Source: Trichoplax sp. H2 (lineage: Eukaryota). From it: a DNA stretch of 64,000 bases. The stretch's first letter is position 1. Every line of letters begins with the position of its first letter. The translations under genes and the position numbers were made by a program. Below the pieces are notes generated by a model, which saw only the letters and a list, made by a program, of their open reading frames with translations, was not told the DNA's origin and did no database searches. The DNA lies in assembly GCA_003344405.1 (NCBI GenBank), contig NOWV01000014.1, positions 62,001 through 126,000 of the forward strand, given 5' to 3'. Shown piece after piece: positions 54,603 to 64,000 of this stretch.

Positions 54603-56978
54603 TTAAAATTTTAATTTCTTTTTCTTTTTCGCTGCCACTTTCTCCGCATTTTTAGCCAGCTTCTGTTCTAGTTCTAGACGCCTTTTTAGTTCTGCATTTT
54701 CCTCCTATTTCGATAAAAGCAGAAAATATTTATAGTTGCGATTTCATTGCATTAGCGTACAATCATAAATAAAATAAATACTTCCTACCTTTTGAGGTGT
54801 AACTTGTGGAGATATAGTCGCTTTCTGCTTTTTTATAGGGGATTTCTTTTCGGGCGAGATACTTTCATTTGGCATTAAAGAGGGTGGTAACTTATTAAGC
54901 CATGAGCCAGCTCCGCCAGTGACTGCGGCAGACTCTCTTTGGGTGCCCGACATATCATATAAGCTATTTTCAAAAGCTTGATCTTTAAGAGAAAAACATT
55001 AACTTAATTGCTGCAACTTTATATAATAAGGACAAATATAAAATTACTTACCAAAATTGTAACTATCTCTGACTTGAAGCCATGTCTTTTTAATCATTAA
55101 TTGTTTGTACAGCTCCGATACTTTGGTAGCTACAAATTTTGATGTACCAGTTCGAATTTGGTCTTCAAAATCCTGCAATAATAAATTTACAAGTTGAAAT
55201 ATTATCGCTGTGTAATAAGGCTACATCATGTTTTGGTCGAATGTAACATTTACTGTAAGCATTCTAGAGAATACTGTCAACGGAATAAAGACTTGTAAAG
55301 TCAATAAAAGTCAATGGGAATACCTTTGATGTTATCATTTCATTCGTAAAAGATTTCTCGTCGAATTTAGAAGTTTCTAATTGTTCTATACAGACGAAAG
55401 ATGACAACTCAAGTTTACTTTACTTCGTCTAAATTTGTTTGTTTTTTTGGCCATGTTATAAGATATAGGCGTAACAGGAAAATAAATTAGTATTGGTTTA
55501 TACATTATTACTTCTTGAGCATCTTGCCCCAGTACTTTTGTAATCGTCGATCTCTCTATCCTTATTTACGATGATTTTTTTCAGCTCTTCCTGTCTTCTC
55601 AGCAACTCACTAATCATCATCCATAATGGTTGTATCAAATGCAAATCTAACTATACATTAAGAGAATCAAAACAAGAGGATTATTTAATAATTACAATTG
55701 GATCTTTAGTCATACATGCACGATTCATAATACTAGGCAGTTGCAAAAGTTATACATTTAATTGTTGTTCAGTTTAATATTAATCAGATACCTCTTGGAG
55801 ATGAGCAAGCTCGCAATGGAATGTCCAGTTAAATGGAAGCCCAGCTAGGAGAGTGCTAAAACTGAACATAACCATTTGATCGCCTTCCTGATATAAGGTG
55901 TGCGTCATATCCTCATTAATAGTTTACACTCTATACAATATTCACATATATATTCTTATTGCTTATTTCAGAATGTAGTGAATGCTAGTAAAAATATTAA
56001 CCTGATTATCTTGAAATTCCAAACTGTAATTTATGTCAGGCTTTTGAATTTCAATCGACTTGCTAATATGTTTCAGGATTTGATGTAATGGAGCTTCAAC
56101 ATTGGGATTAAGTACCTATAAGTCAAAAGTAGAAAATTACATCGAATTTTATTGCACTAAAAATAAACATAGCAAAGCAATGCGGGCTTTGTTATATGTA
56201 AAAGTAAATACGTTATGTGAATTTAAATAAGAGTCAACTGTCTATGGGTTCGTTGGTACTAAGATCAACATCCAAGCAGTATTTGGATTCTTCAGCACCG
56301 TAGACTAATTACAAGTATTTCGATTTATACCATAACGGCCATTTGCATTAAAGGCAACGTTACGTGGTTAATAACCGCTATAACATTTCTATATTTACGT
56401 GATGCTACTTTCGTTTGTAACAACATTCAATGTAATCATGCAAGTTTAAACACTACTGCTATGATGAATATGTTGGTGATAGCAAAGGTACAATACATGT
56501 GGTTGCACATTTCAATTTTCTTCAAGCCAGTATATTATTATACAGTATGTCTGTTATAATTTACATTGCACCCAATGCAATCAACAGTCGTTGTAAGAGC
56601 GTTCAATTTAAGCTGCTTGGCATTTGTAAGGACAATTCGTCATGTAAACCACGAATATCAGACAAATCAAGATGACATGTATAGGAAATGGTGCATTGCT
56701 TATTTTAAGAAATGTCCATAGCTATAATGTAGTGGATGTTTTGTGTGCTAGTCTAATTAATAAATACCATTAGATACCTTGCATCGTTTCCTAATATCCA
56801 TTTGATCTAATCTCTCTGACCACAATCCATAATTAGGATCGTATAAACAAACTTCGTAATCTTCTTCAGAAAAATACGACTTGATTAAGTAAACTTTAGA
56901 GTTAATCTCAAATGGATGCCAACTTTGAGAATTGAGATCCCCTTGTCGATTTCGTCTCCATTCCATTTCAGCAGCCAT
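54603..56978 (-). CDS. NHEJ1: Non-homologous end-joining factor 1 (XLF/Cernunnos), 8 exons, ~342 aa
   Basis: Exons 56978-56778, 56115-56002, 55887-55792, 55650-55512, 55385-55324, 55172-55052, 54982-54789 and 54704-54603 splice in frame (1029 nt). XLF motifs LAGLPFNWTFHC, HLIQPL, KDREIDDYKSTGA and LETSKFDEKSF are present, plus a basic/hydrophobic C-terminus KKKKKLKF. Confidence 0.93.
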
Positions 56979-57339
56979 GATGCTATGATGATAAAGCACT
57001 TGATAGATAGCAAATGATTTGGGCTAAAGTCAAAATTGAATTCGAGAAAGTGTCGTAACGTTAGTGATCAATGTGGAACAAGAATTTGATCAAGATTGTG
57101 GCATGCAAGAAAGTAATGTAAACTGGGTCCAATTTGTACTACTGTACACTGTACACTGTACACCGTCGGTATCTCCTTTAATTATTATTCTACGCGTACG
57201 TTTACAGTAATGTATTAGCTGGAGAGGGAATAAATATTACTTCTGATTCAAGATACGATGGGTGAATTCGTTAATCTGCAGTCATAAATCACCCCATCAG
57301 CTAATTCTACGTTGCAGAGAGTAGAAAGTCAAATCGTCG

Positions 57340-57365
57340 GCTGGGCAGGTCCACACCTGCCCAGC
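57340..57365. other. Perfect GC-rich inverted repeat (11-bp stem, 4-nt loop) in the NHEJ1-GGACT divergent intergenic region
   Basis: GCTGGGCAGGT-CCAC-ACCTGCCCAGC read directly. Confidence 0.85.
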
Positions 57366-58307
57366 TCCAGTGGTTGGTTGCCTAGACTACAAAACTGCTG
57401 AGACGGAAAGCGAGTTGAGTCGTGGCCTTCTACAGTACAATATACTATACCCTACAAGTTGGTATTGGTTCGGTACGTACTGTAGACTGTAGAGGTTTAA
57501 ATCTTCCTCTTAGTATTATCCCAGTGTACTGTTCGATACATGAGTCCAGCTATTGTGCATGTTATGCTGTGTTGAATGAGCTTGCGCAGTTACGTTCATT
57601 AACCAAGATGGAGGAGCAGCTCCGGGCATAGACAATTCGTTACAGGTGCATCTAGTAGTCCATTGCTCGGAATGCAAGAGTACAGCAGTGATTGCATGAC
57701 TATCATAGCAATCTATGTATTGACAGATTTCTGCTAAGGAATATCATCAATAATTAACTAATCACTGACGAACGTGCCGGGCAAATTCGTTCAGTATCAT
57801 ACAGTAGACTCATGGACTACTAGAAGAAGACTTTCTAGTAGACCGACCATGAATGGACTACAGTATACACCACCGTCAGGCTCAGTGAAGCATGCTGTTG
57901 TCTCTACTCAACGCCAAAGTTTCATACAACCAAACAATTTGTAGTCTTGACAGTCTGTATTCAATAAATGGACTACCAATAGCATGAAAGCGTTAGCAAA
58001 AGTATAGAATCTAAACAACTAGCGATGATATAATTACTAGTAATTCAACAATGCTTACGATGTCTTCATAGTAGAAGTGCTACCTAAAGCTACACTAATA
58101 AACTTCTACTAACTGACAGTACTGTTTGCGATAGGGGCAGTCGGGTACGACCAGGTATTCTATCCCATGGCGGTAAGGGTATCCATGCCTAATTGCCCAT
58201 GCCTGGTAAACCGGCGGTACAGCTGTCATCTGCGCATACCCAATGTGCTCGAGACGAGATTATTGCTAGTTTTGTTCAAATTAACAAATTGGAGAAAGTT
58301 TACAAGA

Positions 58308-59947
58308 ATGGACCCACTATTAGTATTTGTCTATGGAACTCTAAAAACAGATGAACCTAATCATTATTTACTAGAAGATCCAAAGACTGGTAAAGCAAAG
58401 TTGATCGCTAAAGGTCTGACTGCTGCTCCTTATCCATTAATTGTACACTCTTGCTACAGTATTCCCGTTATGTTGGATGAGCCTGGTCGCGGCCACGTAA
58501 GTCAAGCAAGCCGTACACTATTTGTACTGGATATTGATGCAAATGCTCTCTTTTCATGTACAATAATGCATCTTGATGTAGTAGTATACTGATGCATACG
58601 AGCATCTATGCATGAAATCATTAACATACTGTTCAATGTCTACTCGATGCAATCAATTTCGTCTTTAATACTGGTTGAACTACAATAAGTACTGTACTTT
58701 ACATGGTATACAGTATACTGTACATACAATACACTGGACACTGAACAGTTCTGTCTCTGCAGGCGATATCAAAACTCGATGAAATGATTAAGAACTAGAA
58801 TACTGCCATCAAAGTTGTAGACTCATATATAGTTCGCTCATTAATATACGCGTATAGCTTAATATACAACAGAGCCTACAGTCTAGCTTATTCTCTAGAA
58901 ATTCCAGGCCAAATTATGCTCGAATTGAGGGACTCCAGTTTAAGCAGTCGTTGCTATTCGTACCATTGTATGCATGACTAATTTACTATCCAAGTAGCAG
59001 TATCACAGTAAAATGCGTAATTAGGTGTAGTGCTACTTATTGATTTGTATTCCAAGTCCTTTGCTTGCTACTCGAATTATATTAAATTAATTCAACTAAC
59101 TATAACTACGGATATCAGTATGCTAATTTAAAATATCCAGTTTTACACTCTACATCCCTAGGAAATAGCACTGAACGAGTCGTTTGTGCATGGCAGTGAA
59201 AGTGTAAATAACAACGTCGATTACCATTCTGTTATCCACCTACTAAGCCAACATACTCGTATATCTTGCTTAATACACAGTCCGCTAATGTTATTGATTT
59301 AAACTTGTGCATGGACATATGAACAAACTCATCAATGTTTACAGTTCTAACACAGCGATACATTAGTTTATACAGTTTGAAAATTATACCTAATTTCAGT
59401 CAAGGATCATACTGTATTAAAGTGTAACTATAATACCGTATTAACATACGTATAGACTTTTATATGCTGCGATTTGTCACTTAGACTTTATACTAAAATG
59501 CTTGATATTTTAATTTTTCACGAACTGTACTTAAGTGTACTATAATCCCGTATTAATATACGTAAAGACTTTTACAAATATCATTGATATTCTAATTTTT
59601 CAATTTACTTATAGATGATAGAAGGCGAGGTATACAGAATCGATAATGATATGTTACGAGTTCTGGATCAATTGGAAGGTCATCCTGAATTTTATACGCG
59701 AACCATGATTGATATTACATTAACGGAATTAGCTTACTGCGATACAGAATTGCCATACAGCCTTAATGATAAAATCCAGTGTCAGGCCTACATTGTCAAG
59801 AACTATCGAAAAGATCTTATCAATAACGAACTCTTCACCTGCTATACAACTTACCATCCCAATATCAGTCCATACATCCTACACACTGAAAGGCAGGCAG
59901 AACTGTCTTATGATGAGCTTGTAAAGTCTGTTCATCAAGACGACTAA
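58308..59947 (+). CDS. GGACT: Gamma-glutamylamine cyclotransferase (GGCT/AIG2-like fold), 2 exons, ~173 aa
   Basis: Exon 1 58308-58496 (LVFVYGTLKTDEPNHYLL...YPLIV) ends at gtaagt. Exon 2 59615-59947 follows a tag acceptor and has IEGEVY...LDQLEGHPEFYTR with the catalytic Glu. Phase-0 intron. Confidence 0.88.
59411..59574. repeat. Diverged two-copy duplication in the GGACT intron, period ~114 bp
   Basis: actgtattaaagtgtaactataataccgtattaacatacgtatagactttta versus actgtacttaagtgtactataatcccgtattaatatacgtaaagactttta. Confidence 0.85.
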
Positions 59948-60435
59948 AATGATCACTCAAATTCATAGCTTAGCCCCCTGCTATCAATACTTTTCACTGA
60001 TTAAAATAGTATTTGTAGCCATTTATTTTATTCAGTTTTTAATCTAATTTGATTTGTATACAATAATGATCTTAACATGACGGGCATCTTTAAATTACTG
60101 AAAAGTGAAATTTTAGGTATTGCCGATTGGCAAGCTTGTTTAATGTTAACCTAATGAGTATATATATATATGCGATCGTAGAAATTCAAGCTATTTAACC
60201 TTCAAGTTTTCATCATGTGCTACTTAAGTGTCTTAAAAATTCTTTTAATTGACTGCCATGTGATGAACTGTAAACAGTTTCAGTATGATGTATTATAAGC
60301 GGCATCGTAAAATAACTCCCAATGAACAAGTTAAAAACCACGATGAATTTGGTAGCATAATTGTATCAATCTAGTAAATGTTTTACTGTGCGGTCCAACA
60401 ATGATATAGTAATCTTTCTAGCGATCAAATACTTG

Positions 60436-63400
60436 CTACGCCCAAATATCTTGACGATAGCGCTTTTCTTTCATCATCGTTAATACTATCTTTGAAGCCT
60501 CCTCCTTAGGTATACCTTTATTACCCAATTAAGTTGGTACATAAAAAAATATTTGTTATCATTGTTGTATAAGGCAGGGGCTTCTCGATTTATTTTTTAC
60601 TTTGGGGTAAAAAAAAATTGAGAAGTCCTTGTATAAGGATGCTAATCGAAAATTGTTATTCCAAATTAGAATTTTTGTCATCGTAAATTGATCACACTCT
60701 ACCTTTATTACGTTCGATTAAATCGATAATCGTATTCATAACATCCTTGGCCATTCCTTGGGCATCACTTCAATTTGTTCGTAGAATAAAAATTTATTGG
60801 TGTGAACACATGCGTAGATAATTATAGCAGTAGCCCATAGCAAAATCATAGATTATTTTTAAATGAATGTGTCATACCCGCAGACATATACTAATGCCGA
60901 TTCTTCCAATAGAAGCTTCACGACTTTATCAGATTGTTGCCGAAGGCATTCTTGAACATATCTTGGAAACTTCTCGCTTAAATTTTCTTGCACTTCTCGC
61001 GAAAATGCTACATAGTGATGTGTTAGTATCTTTCTATGAAGATATGTATTTATGTCATTTCTGTATAACGAAATTAAAAGTAATGAGACAAGGCTTGAAA
61101 TTATCTCTAATTTAATAAATCCAAAATGATTATATTGACGATTTACTTGTATAAATAATCTCGATCTTTATGTCTGCAACCGTAAAATAATAACCAAGAG
61201 CCATAATGAGCTGTTTGTGCCATGTCATTCTCTATTAACCACCTGCAAGTAGAAAGGCATGCGATGGATATCCACATTTAAATTTAGAAAATGATACAAT
61301 TCGGATTAAACGATGTTCGTTGGCAACACATTTAATCAGTAATCCTAGGTAAGTAATGCGTATACCTGTGCTCCAAAAACCCGACATATGGCGATATCCC
61401 AGTACCAGCACCAATCATAATTAAAGGAGTGCTCTTATCATTGGGCAAGTTAAAATTTTGATTCCTTCGGCTACTGATTCCAATCTAACGAAATTATATA
61501 TTTTTAAGCTAGTTTATTCTTTCAACATGACTTCTTGTTACTAAGTTAATTTTTGATACGAAGAAATTTGTTACAGTAATAACCTTTACTGTTCCAACAT
61601 TATTGCCATGCGATAGCTGTGGCGAATGCAGATGTTTCGTTATAGACTGAAGCCATCCAGAACACAAACCTTCCCTACCAACCAATTGGATCAAGATTAG
61701 GTTAGTAAATTTACAACCAGCATGATGCTTAACTATTGCTTAGCCGAAATATTACCTTAGCCCCCTTGTAGCGATAGAAGGAGGTAACTGTACAATAGTA
61801 AACGCAACTTTCATGATTTTCTTACCCTGGATTGGGGAGCTATTATGATGATATCATTACAATTAGCTTAATAGTGTTTAATGCCATTAATAGTGATTTG
61901 ACCTACTTGACGATAGAGTATGGGCGGGGCTGCAGCCGTGGTAGCAGTTCTACTCATGCAGATCGTAGACAAAGTTCGATTACAGAAGATAATATTTCGA
62001 GAATATAATTGTCGCATACTAAAGCAATACCGTACCTATTACTTTAATAAATGGTGGCCTACAAGACGGAAACGTGGCCAAAATATCCAGAAAAGAGATA
62101 GAAGAATTGCATATTAAATTGGTGTAATCGTTTCCTCCTAATGCATAAAGACCATTTATTTATTAGCTTACTTTACTCGATACTACAACCGTATATGTGT
62201 ACGTGCTATCATATGCAATATTAACTTTCCATGCAACAAATTCATGCTTAACCTTCGCGACTAGATAATTGGAGTAATCTTTTCCTCTCGTTTTGATTTT
62301 CCGTATACTCTGCTAACATACGTAAAGTAGCCTAGACAAATACAGAATATTGATATGTTATAGATGTTGCGATGCTCCTTCATCTGGATATCTGTGAAAT
62401 GAACTAAGACCTTTTTAGGTATGCTTCGTATATCGCAGTGAAACATTAAAGCTTCTTTTATAGTACAATCTTTGGGAATATGATCAGGAATCTTTGGAAC
62501 TAAGTATATAAAAGCAAATAGAATGAAAATTCTTTATTTCTCGTAGATCTGATCGTTACATATTAATAGAGCTATTATGCTATAGATGCTTACGTCGTTT
62601 CTTAGTTTCCGACATAACCCGTAAAGTAAATGTCCTATTACGTATGTCGATAAGACCCAACCTATATTGTTAAATATTTAAATTATACCATGACGAATTA
62701 ATGAATCCATCATAAGAATTGAGAATATAGCTGGTATTATTCAATTTCAGATACTTCCAGGAAGATACCTTGAAATAATCCAGTTTACTTCTTCTTCATT
62801 ATTAGGGCAGAATACATTAATGGAATCTCCCGGTAAAAAATCTATGCTTTCATCCTAATTGTTTGATATACGTATATTTAGGATAACTAATATCATCTAC
62901 AGCACATTAAGAATATGCTATAAATAAAAAATTACAATTACGTTTTGACAGAGAACTAATTCTAAAACTTTCTTTATGGCATTTTCAGCAGTCAAATATT
63001 TCGCTTCCTGAACGTTGGCTAATATTATATCTGTACGAGCTCCTATACATCTATTTACATAATCGCAACTTGCGGTATTGTCGAGCTATCCGAAATTAAA
63101 GAAGGTAACGACAAATATTACAACAAAACTATGATGATTTGACAAGATATCATCTATATATGTGTCAGTAATACCATATCAGTATCAGCTTGATCCGTTT
63201 CCGATATTTCAATATTTAAATATGGCATTGGTAATGTAGGTAGCTTTAAATCTTAGTAATAAATGCGAAAAAATAAATGAATATCACTTAATATTTAGCA
63301 TGCCGTTGTAATAAATATATAATTTAAAAAATTGCAAACCTTCAGGAAATGTCGCATCATACTCTTTCAGTTTTGATTCTAGCTGGATAACTTCATGCAT

Positions 63401-64000
63401 ACCAGCTAAAAGCTCTTTAGCGTTTTGTTCCAGAAGCTGTTCCGGTGCAATTTTCATTGATTCCGTATTTTCGGAAAGTCGGTCAATCGTGTTATTTAAG
63501 GAGTCCTTAGGACTACCTGTGGCATATGTCTCTTCAGTATTAGAAATATTACTACTGCCCGATAGGATTTCACTTGCTTTAACTTGATTATCCATACTTA
63601 TTGGTGATATGGCATCATTAGAACCAGTCGTCGATATATTTACATTATCCTTCAATTAAAGAACATACCATTATATGATTTACACCCATTGCAGCTCATT
63701 CCTTTTATTACTTTCTATACATAAGATGAGAAACTTAATTTCCGTATTATTGGTACGTAATTGCAATACTTTCTGTAAAGCATCCCATAATCCGTCTTTC
63801 CACGGCTCTACAACTATCTCCAACCTATAAGTAGGGGCAAATATTATCATTATCAACTTGTAAATAACCCGGTATACACAATGTAATCCTACTAGTACTG
63901 TAATAATATAATACCTACCCAACTGCATCATCGGCGCATCCAATTGGATAAAAACTGCTTGCTCCTAACGTTTCCAGCAGGCCATTCAGCGTTTTACCGC
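60436..64000 (-). CDS. MTRR: Methionine synthase reductase (diflavin reductase), multi-exon, 5' end lies beyond the window
   Basis: Minus-strand exons give [16 protein letters not shown] (FMN domain end), [27 protein letters not shown] (FAD RxYS), [59 protein letters not shown] and terminal RYRQDIWA-stop. These fit MTRR better than POR or NDOR1. Confidence 0.92.

Noticed and set aside
58167-58307. N-terminal extension of the 141-aa ORF before GGACT
   Set aside because: Family homology starts at Met 58308 (MDPLLVFVYGTLK); the upstream part looks like promoter/5'UTR and the ORF tail reads into the intron.
60867-62117. Plus-strand ORFs of 82 and 65 aa
   Set aside because: Antisense shadows of MTRR exons.
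1-64000. CRISPR arrays, prokaryotic operons, tRNA/rRNA/snRNA genes, transposase or RT ORFs
   Set aside because: None seen by eye; the DNA is intron-containing eukaryotic sequence and repeats lack repeat-spacer structure. tRNAscan-SE and Infernal would be needed to exclude small RNAs.

Overview
AT-rich eukaryotic genomic DNA with short (mostly ~80-160 bp) GT-AG introns and three 20-N scaffold gaps. Composition, intron size and gene content suggest a compact early-branching animal such as a placozoan (Trichoplax-like); this is inference, not proof. The right-hand 15 kb is gene-dense: a C7orf31/SPMIP4-like ciliary gene (+, 8 exons) preceded by an RFX X-box, NHEJ1/XLF (-, 8 exons), GGACT (+, 2 exons) and a 5'-truncated MTRR (-). 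At the far left a 92-codon intronless ORF (-) encodes a recognisable CITED CR2 (CBP/p300 TAZ1-binding) domain, which is the most interesting item here. About 48 kb upstream of it has no recognisable protein gene. That stretch holds a 620-bp solo LTR with 5-bp TSD, a haplotype-polymorphic 157-bp insertion with 8-bp TSD, an old dispersed repeat with a nested Helitron-like end, many diverged two-copy tandem duplications and possible divergent spliced non-coding transcripts. All three gaps are flanked by duplicated sequence that looks like unmerged alleles differing by 150-250 bp indels.
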